A stretch of DNA of 63,605 nt, counting the filler, from Basidioascus undulatus (taxonomy: Eukaryota), in the NCBI GenBank assembly GCA_000826855.1. It is 4 parts of 4 records of this genome, joined end to end, with 100 filler letters (N's around TTAATTAATTAA, not from the genome) between each part and the next. Parts side by side here need not be neighbours in the genome. Positions count along the whole stretch, not along the records: positions 31,878 to 43,386 come from JTLS01000999.1; positions 43,487 to 54,983 come from JTLS01001000.1; 2 more parts are not named here. One strand, written 5' to 3'. Below are positions 39,134 to 49,951 of the stretch, piece by piece. The notes beneath the pieces are model-generated. The model saw only the letters and a program-made list of their open reading frames with translations. It made no database searches and was not told the DNA's origin. The position numbers and the translations under genes were made by a program. Position 1 is the first letter of the stretch. Every line of letters starts with the position of its first letter.

Positions 39134-41858
39134 ATGACCACGAGCATGCTTGATCTCCGCTTTCCGTTCAACGACAACCCGCTGTGCACACGCGCCGATG
39201 TTGCTGCGGCTCTCGTGTCGCTCCTTGACCCGCTAGCCACGAGGACGTCTCCTGGAGGAGCCCTGGTAAGTTCAATTTCCGTCTGTCTGTGACAATTTGA
39301 AGAGCACAAGCCGACATCGCAACAGGTGAAGCTCGGAAGCACTGGTACACACTAAGACGAGATCGCCGCGCAGATCGAAGGATACGCCCGTCCGCTGTGG
39401 GGCTATGCGCTCTTCTGTCGGCCTCGCCCGACGCGTATCCGGACTTCAATCGGTACATCAGAGGCCTATTATCGGGGTCCGATCCGTGAGAGCATCCTCT
39501 GTCATGTTTTCGGTGCTTGCGAGCTCACAGGTGTTCCAGCTCCTCTCATGAGTACTGGGGTCAGATCCGCGATCGCGAGCAGCGAATGGTGGAATGTGCA
39601 CGAATCGGGTGTATAAATAGTTTGAGCTCTCCAGGCCTCCATAAGAACTACCCACCCCCCCCCGTCCCAGGTTCATGTTGGCCATCCTTCCTCAGCGAGT
39701 CGGGGAGGACTGAGCGAGCAGGAGCGGCAAAATGTCGTGACATACTTGACCGAGATCAATCACCAGTCCGTGTCACAGCTGTATTTGTGGAGGGCCAAGT
39801 CCTTACATCATCACTTAAACATTTAGCGAGATGCCGCCCACCAATTGGCTCTTCTTTCGAGTACGTCGCTACCAAATCCTCCTCACATTTGCTCTTGACA
39901 TGTTATCGTCGCATTGCAAGGTTCTTGCCAACCTTGGTTTGAGCCGGATAGGCGCTCCTCGCTCGCCAGATCAGATCAAAGCCGACCTGGACTGTCAGTG
40001 TGCACCCTTGTGTTGACGATGAGCAAAACGCTGAGCCCACCACGCAGGGATGGAGAAGACGTTCTAACTCGGTGACGTGCGTGAGGCACGGCGGTGTCTC
40101 TTTCTTGACGGAGCTAACAAAGGGATTTGATTGCGGGGATGGCTTACCGACGGGCTGAACGGTGTGCGGCAGCTCGATTACTACAGCAGCTCGTATGCGC
40201 TGCATTCGCGCCGCTCATCTATGCCAAGCTGTCCGGCGAGTCGGATCCAGAGCGAGCGAAGGTTTTCAAAGAGTGCGCTGCCCGCTTCGCTTTGGATTTC
40301 TTCTACTACTTCGATGCCGACGGTGACTGCTGGTACAGGTCGACCGCAACACACAGCTGAATATTCGAGACTTTCAGGCTGCGCCATCCCGTTCGGGCGC
40401 AGCATGACTTGTAAAGCCATCCGAACATGACTTCGTCCTTCCCTTGTCTATGAAACTTATACGACACATTGTGCTCCAGATCGCTTCGCCATGTCCGCTC
40501 TGTGGGGTGCACTGGCCTATGCGGATACCGAGCTGCCCGCGCCCTTCGGCTGGGGTGTGGTGAAGGGTATGCTGCTCCGCAACCTGCGCTGGTGGTCGAA
40601 ACAGGTCAGCTGGCCGGTAGAAGACTCGGTGGGCTTCCACTTTCTTACGCTTGTTTCCCCAACACCTACAGGAGACCTTCCAGAGCGACGACACCCTCAG
40701 CTCGGCTTCACGTACACCAACCACAACCAGACCGAGAACTACAACTCGCCGCAGTCTCCGTACTGGGCGTTCAAGGCTTTCATCTCGCTTGCGCTTCCGG
40801 AGACGTATCCTTTTGTAAGCGGTTCCCATTTTTTGGTGACACAATACAGCTGTTCAAATCCATACTTTCGCAGTGGACTACACCTGAGGAACCGTATCCC
40901 TCACACGTCCTCCCTGCAATCAAGCCTCTTCGACACCCCGGACAGACGCTCATCCGCTCGGGAGGCCACACGTTCATGCTCAGCTCTGGCCAGGCCTGTT
41001 CGTACGCTCTTCGGCACGGTGCGGAGAAGTACGGGAAGCTGGTAAGTCTTGAAGAGCTGGACTCTTAGTCTTTAACTTCTCATCTCAGACTCATTGATAC
41101 CCGCTGTATCAGGCGTACTCTAGCCACTTCGGCTTCAGCAATCCCAGCGGCACGTTCTTCCTCGAACAGCACGCTGCCGACTCCACGCTCGCGCTGCCGG
41201 ACGACCAGAAGCGCTTGCGCGTGCGTCGAGTGGTGCTTGACGCGACGATCGTGAAGAAACCGGCGTTATCACTTCGTGCTGGGAGGCGTGGCCGGACGTC
41301 GAGGTCAAACTGCCCAAACCAGTCCCCTTCCTTACCTGTACGTTTCCATACTGATTTTAATCGACAGACATGGCTGATACCCCCCACGTCTGAGCACCCG
41401 CTCTGGCACATCCGTGTCCATCGCGTCAAAACTGCCCGTCAAATCTGATCCGCAGACGGCGGCTTCGCGATCTACTCGCAAGGCAAGGACGGGCGTATCC
41501 TGCCCGCCGGCTGGACAGCCTCCGACTCAGGCGAAGGGCGAGAGGAGGCGCCCGGGAACGCCCTCGCCCGCTCGCCGAAGGGCGTCAGCGCTGTTCGCGA
41601 CCTCGACAGCGCCGGGCTCGAGGGAGGAAGGGACGGCCGCGTCGTCCTCGCTGAGGCGAACAGCAATCTTATGAGCCCGTGGACGTGGATTCCGACACTC
41701 ATAGGTCGCACGCCCCAGAATCGACCGTCTGGCTCGTGACGGGCATCTTTGCGCTTCCGGCGCGAGAGGATGCAGTGGGAGCAGCGCCGCGTTGGTCGCA
41801 GCAGTGGAAGGACTTTCCTGAGCTTCCGAGGTTCTTGAAGGGAAACATGGCCATTTGA
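39134..41858 (+). pseudogene. DUF2264 family protein, disrupted
   Basis: [75 protein letters not shown]. Lesions: TAA 39353-39355, frameshift ~39402, TGA 41446-41448. Confidence 0.85.
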
Positions 41859-42695
41859 AACCTGCTGAAAATGTTAAACCATATCAAACTTGATCGTTCA
41901 ATTCGACTGCCGACCATTCGCATGCCACCAGAGTGCCGCTGTCGAGATGATGACGAGGAAGGCTTATCTCAGGTTTACCTCTCACTGGAGTGTAATACAT
42001 TTTATAAGAGGGCATTGTCTCAAATACACTCTTGCGCCGAGCACGGAACGAGATGCTTTGGATTACATAGACGTTACAGTCGCGCAGTCTTTCGTCATCG
42101 CCGGCGAGTGTTCCGAGTAACTGCAGTAGAAGTCGGGGGAAAGATTAACTTTTTGGTATTGTGTCTCCAGATATGTAGCTCTTAAGCGTTAACGATCACC
42201 CTGCAGGCCTGGTTTACCCTCACATGAACGAACGGAGAGTGGGGTCCGGTTGCAGTTAGAGGGCAGGCATTTCTCTTTGTGCAAGGGCACTTGTAAGCGT
42301 CTCTGTCGGGTTAAAAGTTGTTTTTGCAACCTGGAAGACTTGTCAATGTCAGTAAGCTACTGAACGCACGCATCTTCGCATTGGACGAGCCATGTTTTAC
42401 TGCGAACCTTGGGACAGCCACCATCCTAGCCTCCGCTGCCCACTCATCATGTTTATTTGAATACAGGTACACCTCTAAGCTTTAATTTCCCCCACAATCC
42501 TTCACTTTCCAAGTAATACATCCAGTAAGAAAGTCTGGCGGAATGGTGCAGTCTCCGCTTTCGCGAACGGCGCGGGCATAAGCATTTCATTCCATACGCG
42601 CTTGACCTCTGATTGCCGCGAGCGCACTGCGACTTGTTCCCGCCCATGATCCTCACCATCTCTTACTCACCTTCACACCTCACACAACTCACAAA

Positions 42696-43132
42696 ATGGC
42701 GGACAACCAGGACCGCGAGGTGCGCGGTGACCGCAATTCCTGGCTATCCGTGCTCTGCTCACGCGGGCGCGCTTGCAGGCTCTCGAGAACGCCATCTTTG
42801 GTGGATCCGACTCGGAGCTGTCCGACGACGAGAGCGGTGCGTTGTGTCCCCAGCATCACCACTGTCTCCTCCCAGCCTGCTTAGCTCTGTAATATGTGAC
42901 AGTGAACGAGATCCAGCCCGTCACGCAGCGCTCCGCGACCCCGTCCTCGCGCGGCGGGTCGCCCGCACGTGGGGGTGATGGCGACGACGGGGCGTACGGC
43001 GAGGAGGGCGGGGATGAGGACGACGAACGGAGGAAGTTGCCGAAGTTCAAGAGGGAGCGGCGAGCGCGTGAGGGCGGGGAGGATGGCGGGGCTGGCGAGC
43101 GGAAGAAGAAGGCGCCGAAGTGAGTCCGTGCG
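42696..43132 (+). CDS. 5' fragment of an acidic/basic nuclear protein, possibly Iws1/Spn1
   Basis: [47 protein letters not shown], then donor GTGAGT at ~43119. The rest is replaced by bacterial DNA. The family guess rests on N-terminal resemblance only. Confidence 0.45.
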
Positions 43133-43290
43133 ACGGGCAGGCCGAGATGGGGCGAGCCGCCCTTACCCGGGGAGGTGCCGCCGACCATCTGCGTGCCATA
43201 GGCGATCGCCTGCTCGGAATGGAAGGTGCCGTTCTTGCCGGTGAAGCCCTGGCAGATGACCTTGGTGTCTTTGTTGATGTAGATCGACAT
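43133..43290 (-). CDS. sucD: Bacterial succinyl-CoA synthetase alpha subunit, N-terminal fragment
   Basis: [53 protein letters not shown]; homology stops abruptly after LGLPV. Confidence 0.93.
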
Positions 43291-43320
43291 GATGCTTGTC
43301 CTAGTCAGTCGGGAAGGTCG

Positions 43321-43386
43321 TTACTTGACGGCTGCAACGATCTTCGTCGCGGCTTCGGCCATGGTGTCTGCGGCGATGATGGGCAG
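43321..43386 (-). CDS. sucC: Bacterial succinyl-CoA synthetase beta subunit, last 21 aa
   Basis: LPIIAADTMAEAATKIVAAVK* ends 30 nt upstream of the sucD ATG, the operon arrangement. Confidence 0.88.
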   Translation of the reverse strand: MPIIAADTMAEAATKIVAAVK

Positions 43387-43486
43387 NNNNNNNNNNNNNN
43401 NNNNNNNNNNNNNNNNNNNNNNNNNNNNNNTTAATTAATTAANNNNNNNNNNNNNNNNNNNNNNNNNNNNNNNNNNNNNNNNNNNN
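43387..43486. other. Artificial contig spacer
   Basis: N44-TTAATTAATTAA-N44. Confidence 0.98.
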
Positions 43487-43487
43487 C

Positions 43488-43560
43488 GGGCATTTGGTGT
43501 AGGGGCTATCACATCTCATTCGCATTGAGGGGGTCCCCGGTTCAATTCCGGGAATGTCCA
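43488..43560 (+). tRNA. tRNA-Ala (anticodon CGC), intronless
   Basis: Acceptor stem GGGCATT/AATGTCC with G3:U70 and discriminator A; anticodon arm TCTCA-TTCGCAT-TGAGG; T-arm CCCGG-TTCAATT-CCGGG; oligo-T Pol III terminator just downstream. Confidence 0.95.
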
Positions 43561-44624
43561 ACTTTTTGCTTTTATTGTTTCATACCTGAACGCCATTGAA
43601 GATCGGCGCGCTCTTGCCATCAATTTTGGATGGCAATAAATTTTTCCGCCGTGGTCGAGGTGGTCGTACACCTCTGTCACGTCGTCACAAGACATGAACA
43701 ACGATCATCTTTGTAATTGCTTCATTAAGTTGCCGGTCATGATGAGGACATGAGGCCTGACTCCAATCAGAAGCATGATAACCTGGAAGTGACCCCACCA
43801 AGGTACCGATGTTTCTGCCAACAACCAAGGTGGCTACGGCGGAGGACCTCTGAGGACAGTTTACGGAGGCTCAAAGCTTTGAAGCTCCTCATTAACTGGG
43901 TGTTTGCTGCCCCGGGATAACAAGGATGGTGTGATATCCAGTGCACGATTGCACCGCTGGACAATGTTCCCAACAGAACTTCATATGTATGAGGTCGCAA
44001 GCACTGTACGTGCATCGTCGCAGACAGCACCACTCCCTCGCGCCGCCAGACCTGGCCTCACCTACTGCTCACACAAGCTCAGGTTTCGCCAGACCTCGTT
44101 CTTCCACTTTTTCTAAATATAATTTAATCAATTTGATGCTTCCCTTTCCTTCGTTCTTCATCACCCGGCTCGACAACGCACATGTTCTGCCTGACCACTT
44201 GCGGCCTTGCCGACCGGCCACCTCCACAGCACGTTGGCAACGTGCGCATTGTCACTCGAAGCAAATTGTATATGGATATTCTAGTAAAATAAGCCCCGGC
44301 TGCCGACACAATGGAAACAGACAGTGAAAGGAGCCGGTATGAGTGATTGAAACGGAATTCGCCGCGTGATCACTCCCACGACGTTGCCCTAGTCGTTGTG
44401 GTTTCCGCATTATACCGCCCGATCGTCGTACTGCTGCTCTTGGCTACTGGGCGGAGGCATTTGAGATCTCTTCCAAAGGAGTAACCCCCATCGTCCAACC
44501 GGAGCGGTGTTTTGGCTTCTCAATGTGCACCTCATGATGGTCTATCTCGCTTCAGTGGCTCCACTGCCAGTTTCTGTAAAGCCTTGTCGGATGGTGGTGG
44601 CCTTTCCTCACTAACCAGCTCAAC

Positions 44625-45151
44625 TTGTCTTCGAATCCTGGTTCCACCCTCAAATCCGTCCTCGACTCAGCCGTGTCTGACGGTGCGGCCCCAAACCTCA
44701 TCGCTGTCGCGCTCGATCGGTCCGGCCCCATCTTCGCGATCGCCTCCGGCAACCACCCACCCACCGAAGGCGACCCGCTTAAGAAGGTTACTGTGGAGTC
44801 TACCGGATGGTTCGCGAGCCAGAGCAAGCTCGCCATCTCCCTCGCGGCCCTTGCTGTCATGGAGCGGCGCGTAAGTGGGTTTGCCTTATTCCATTAAATT
44901 CGACCTGGTAACAGTCTCTGGCGGGCTAAATCGCCTCCCAATCGCCAGCTCGTACTGGTGGGTTGACCGCAAAGCCGGCGTTGCAGGAATCGTAAGACGC
45001 TCCCACTGCTTTCAAACCCCCGGATTCTGATCTCACCTTTATGCTCCTTGCAGATCGGAACCCAGCTCCTTCCTTCTATGACTCGGAAGTCATCGCTACG
45101 CGCAACGAGTTTGTGAAGGCGGTGTATGCATCGGTCGGAGGCGATGCTTGA
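44625..45151 (+). pseudogene. Beta-lactamase/class VIII esterase (LovD-like) serine hydrolase with central deletion
   Basis: The N-terminal exon with SxxK (WFASQSKL) is followed after one intron by C-terminal exons SYWWVDRKAGVAGI|IGTQLLPSYD..FVKAVYA*. The start codon is TTG. Confidence 0.75.
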
Positions 45152-46267
45152 AATATTAAAGCTCTTGGATATCCTTGCCGGTACCGCTGCTCCGAAAGAG
45201 CCATTTTTTTGATATGATCAATGAAAGCTGTGCCAGACTTGTCTTTACTTGCAATGATCCGAGCAGCGTGGCAGCAGGCTCTCATTGCCAAAGACTTCAA
45301 GGAGAACGGGTATAGCATTTCTCACTTTCTACTCAACTAAACGGAGAGCCTGTATTTTTCCCTTTCAGCAGCAGAATACAGTGTGCTCTTCCTCGAGGCT
45401 ATGCCACAGGCAAGCACGCTGATTGGCTGGTTTGGGACTCAGAGGAGCTCTGCGTGCGTAGAGCTGACGCTAGCTTCACCGTACGATACTGTTCTTACTA
45501 GGCTTTCACCTCGTATAGGCATGCATGGTACTGCTACCCAAGTGCATCATGGAAAACTACGACGATCTAGTCCAACCGACTGATCACGAGTTTACGCTCG
45601 AAGTGCTATGCCGGCTCCAGCGCCAAACTGCTGACGGTCCGACTATCGGAAACCAGATTTACATTTCATATTCACCATAATCCAGAACATTCAATCATTG
45701 ACATTGAATGTACCCCGCAGCACGTCAGCGTTTGTACCGGCTTGCACCGAGCCGCCGCCTCTCAGCGAGCAGCAGACAACTGTGCGCAACTATGAGCTCG
45801 GTAGTCTGCTACGCTAATGAATTTAACGTTAGTGAAGAAAGATCTGTTAAGGTCCTATGTGGCATATCACCAGCAAACGGAAGACAGAGATCATGGGTGG
45901 GCAGTCGAAGACCGCTCGCTTTCTAACCATTTCAAACGACGCTTGGCCTCTCGCACTGGCATCGTCTCTCTTTCACTGTCACTACCGTACTCCATCAATC
46001 GTACAACAATCGTACTGTCAGTTTCCACAGTGCTTCCCTGCCTTTGATGTTCGATCTGCCAATGGAACTGTCCAAAGATGCTGCAGGTTCGCACGTGACA
46101 ATATCTGGGCCTCGCGATAGGGCTCGGAATGAGACTAGCCATTATAGCCGTGCCACCACACCTCCTGCCACCTCCTCCCCTCGCCCATGCACTCCTCCAA
46201 TCTTGACCTTCCTTCACTACCACAACACTGACTACATCAGCTCTATCGATCGTTCTCATCCCCTCGT

Positions 46268-48131
46268 ATGCCTCTCCGTCGCAAGCTCATCCTTACGCCC
46301 CTGATCCACTCGCTCTCGGTCCGAGAGCTACAAGTCATCCCCCGCGCTGCGGTCGTCGTCTCACCCGAGGGCATTATCGAGGACGTCCGGACCGTTGCAG
46401 ACAACCAGGAGGAGGCGTATATCGTATCCGAATGGGAGGGAAACGCGGAGCTGGAAGTTGTTAGGGCGGGCGAGGGTCAGTTCTTGGTGCCAGGATTGGT
46501 CGATACGGTGAGTCAATCCTCATTTCGGCGTGTATCCGGCTCTCCTCAATTGGTCACGTACTATAGTGAGTTACCGCTGTACTATCGCGATGGCTGAACC
46601 TTCTCCTATCCATACAGCACACGCATGCTCCACAATACCCCAATCTCGGCTACGGCCATGATCTTCAGCTGCTCGACTGGCTGTCGCAAGTCACTTTCCC
46701 GACCGAGGCGCGTTTCTCAGACGCCGCATACGCTCGGCGAGTATACGAGCGTGTCGTAGACCGGGTGCTCAGTTCAGGGGTGAGTCCTGGTCTCTACGGT
46801 TACCGCGAGGCGCGATGCAGTGCCTGACGCTGACTGCTCAAATCGTGTCCCATGCAGACGACTACTTGCAGCTACTATGGCACGCTTCATCTCGAAGCGA
46901 CCAAGGCCCTCGCGGATATTTGTCATAAGCGAGGTGAGCGTCGAGGTTCTGGGACTGTCCATGACAGATACTCACTCCTGGAGCCTCTCAAGGACAACGC
47001 GCTCTCATCGGCAAATGCAACATGGACAGCCGATGCCCCGAATCTTACACCGAAGCATCATGCGAGTCGTCTCTCTCCGACACGAAATCCCTCATCACCT
47101 ACATTCGGTCCCTCCCCTCCAACGCCGCCTCCCCGACTCCTCCCCCGACCCCACCTTCCTCAACAGCGACCCTCATTCCTGCGCCCTCCTCCTCCTCTTC
47201 CTCGGCCCCCATCCCGTCGCTGCCCTCTTGCTCCTCCTCCTCCTCCTCCTCTCTCGTTCACCCCATCCTCACCCCGCGCTTCGCCATCTCCTGCTCCTCC
47301 GAACTCCTCTCTAGCCTGGGCGAGCTGGCGCGCGCGGACGAGACGCTGCGCGTCCAAACGCACTTGTCCGAGAACGAGGGCGAGATCGCGTTCACGCGCG
47401 AGCTCTTCCCGGACGCGACAAGCTATACGGACGTGTACGACCGGTTTGGGCTCCTCGGGCAGCGCACGATTCTGGCGCACTGCGTGCATCTGAGCGGGGA
47501 GGAGATGGACGTTATCAAGGCGAGGGGCGCTGGCGTCAGCCACTGTGCGAACAGCAACTTCAACTTGAGGTGAATTCCTTCCTTGTCCCGCGATAGAAAG
47601 CTGTCCCTCTTCTAGCTGTAAGCACGTGACGCTCACGTCTGGTTTTGAACATACAGGAGCGGCATAGCGCAGATCGACGAGATGCTGGACCGCGGCTTGA
47701 AAGTTGGGCTCGGGACCGACTGCTCCGGGGGCTATGCCCTGGGCATCCTCAGCGCCATCCGGGCCGCCTCGACCGCATCCAAAGTCAACACGTTCATCCG
47801 TCCATCCACCACCCCCTCCCCCTCTTCCGCCCCTTCAGCATTCGCGTCCACCCACCTACCGCTCCCCGCCCTCTTTTACCTCGCCACCCTCGGCGGCGCG
47901 GAAGTCTGCGCGTTCTCGGACCAGATCGGAAACTTCGTCATTGGCAAGGAGTTTGACGCGCTCCTCGTGGACACGAAGGGCGGCGGGAACCCCGCGCTGT
48001 TCTGGACGGAGGACGACACGCTCGAGAGGCTGTTTGAGAAGTGGTTGTTTACGGGCGACGAGCGCAACTTGCGGGACGTGTGGGTCAGAGGCAGGCGCGT
48101 CGCTGGGAGGGGCGAGAAGCTGGTGGAATAG
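46268..48131 (+). CDS. GUD1: Guanine deaminase, spliced
   Basis: FLVPGLVDT|HTHAPQY, LLDWL, TTTCSYY, RALIGKCNMD, ILTPRFAISCS, QTHLSEN, ILAHCVHL, SHCANSN, VGLGTDCSGG, GKEFDALLV, GDERN. Confidence 0.95.
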
Positions 48132-48440
48132 ATGGTGGGACTGCGGAGGATAGACGTTCCAGGCTGTGGTCGGGACGACCGCGTCGGCGCGAAGGCTAGA
48201 CTTATTGTATCATATGATGTTGACTGTGAGCGATAATGAGTCATACTAAGCGGAGTTGTGTGCTTCTCCCGGATTGAAGTTCCCAGATCTGTTGGTAGCC
48301 GTTGTGCTATGTTACAAGGTGTGCCGACGACGACTGCGACAACGCATGGTCTTTCGAAGTAATTGATCTGGTGTACTGGTCTTGCTCAGAGGCCTCTCCT
48401 TGTAAGCCGCGAATATCCACTTGTTTGATGGTGCAACGCA

Positions 48441-48487
48441 ACGCGAAAGTTAAATGACGCGTCGCGCTTTCTTGCCCCTGCACGCGC
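48441..48487 (+). promoter_or_regulatory. MCB/SCB-like G1/S elements upstream of dUTPase
   Basis: ACGCGAAA (48441), ACGCGT (48457) and ACGCG (48482) lie within 90 nt of the ATG of an S-phase-type gene. CGCG is common in this GC-rich DNA, so support is limited. Confidence 0.4.
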
Positions 48488-48527
48488 GGTTCCTTCCTTG
48501 CCTTCCTTCCTTCACCACCTCCTTTCC

Positions 48528-49379
48528 ATGTCCAAGCGCCCCTCTTCGCCTTCTCCGCCGTCCCCATCGCGCCCAGCCAAGATGTCCGCTACCGCCACAG
48601 TCCCCGTCGCCGCCGCGTCGTCCATCCTCGTCCACCGCCTCGTGCCCAACGCGCGCCTTCCCACCAAGGGCAGCGCGCTCGCGGCGGGGTACGATCTCTA
48701 CAGGTTTGTCTCTTCGTCGCCTTCAGAAGGCCAGGACAGTCCACAAATGAACCTTATGATGTGGCGAACAGCGTGGAGAAGAAGACCATCCCTGCTGAGG
48801 GCAAGGCGCTCGTCGACCTCGGCATCTCCATCGCCGTTCCCGCAGGCACCTATGGGCGGATCGCCCCTCGTTCGGGCCTGGGTGAGCATCGCTCACTTGT
48901 CAGCTGAGCCACGATGGGTCTCGCTGACTTGTTGTCGCCATTTCAGCGTCCAAGCACAGCATCCACACCGGCGCGGGCGTCGTGGACGCTGACTACCGCG
49001 GGCGTGTCTTCGCGCTGCTGTTCAACTTGGGAAAGGAGGACTTCGAGGGTATGTCCCGCATGTTCCAAAGCAGGAATACCATAAGTGTGCTGAGTTACAC
49101 CGTTCCGTTCCAGTGAACGAGGGCGACCGCGTCGCGCAGCTCATCCTCGAGAAGATCGAGACCCCGCCCGTGGTCGAGGTTGAGGTTCGTACCGCCCTTC
49201 AACTGCTGTTTCTGTTCTTTCATGAGTGTCCGCTGACGTCCAACCCCTGGGGGTCCCATTGCGAACAGTCCCTCAATGAGACGAAGCGTGGTGCCGGGGG
49301 CTTCGGCTCTACTGGTGGGTTCGCTGGGGAGGCGCTCAAGGCTCGGGAAGAGGCAAAGGCGAACGCGGAGGGCGCATAG
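48528..49379 (+). CDS. DUT1: Trimeric dUTP pyrophosphatase, 4 introns
   Basis: Motifs [30 protein letters not shown] and [10 protein letters not shown]. In-frame ATGs at 48528 and 48582. Confidence 0.96.
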
Positions 49380-49951
49380 AGCTGTATTTATGATGCAGTA
49401 TTCAATAAAGTTGAAGCTCTCAACTCCCTTGCGGGCAATGCGTCACGTTCTAGGGCCTTACCGCGAGGGGAGAGCGCGCTAACCACCTCCTCGTTACCCG
49501 TTTGTCGGGGTATGCCTTCTCACCGCTTGCGCAAAGCATGAGAACATGCTCAGTTGCCCGAAGCGGCCTTCCGAGCGTCAATTCTTGAGGTGCGTGCTCG
49601 CTTGGTGCTGGCGATCATGAATCTGCCAAGGTGCCCGCCCGGACTTCCCCCGCGTCAGCATATTCAACTTGCCGTCCAGGCAGCCAAGCAGACCTGTATC
49701 CTACAGTGCTTGATCACATGTTTTCTTCCAGCATCACTGTTCTTATTTCATAGTCGCAAACGTGCCGGCGCCCGGTACGGTGCTTGCCTGATTTGGTGGC
49801 GGTCCGGGGATGATCTGCGAGAGCGTCGCTACCGCTTCAAGCGGCCCGGGAGGCTGCATAACTTATGAGCAGTCTACACGCTAGCCTGACCTCCTCACTT
49901 GCTTCTTACCTTCAAACTCGGTCATATACGAATCATCTCGCTGTTGTCGAC

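Noticed and set aside
42856..43290. The 144-aa ORF as a real SucD fusion protein
   Set aside because: Only the first ~53 aa are SucD; the remainder is the antisense of the fungal exon.
46268..49379. GUD1 and DUT1 as a nucleotide-metabolism cluster
   Set aside because: They act in different pathways, and adjacency of two genes is not enough without synteny data.
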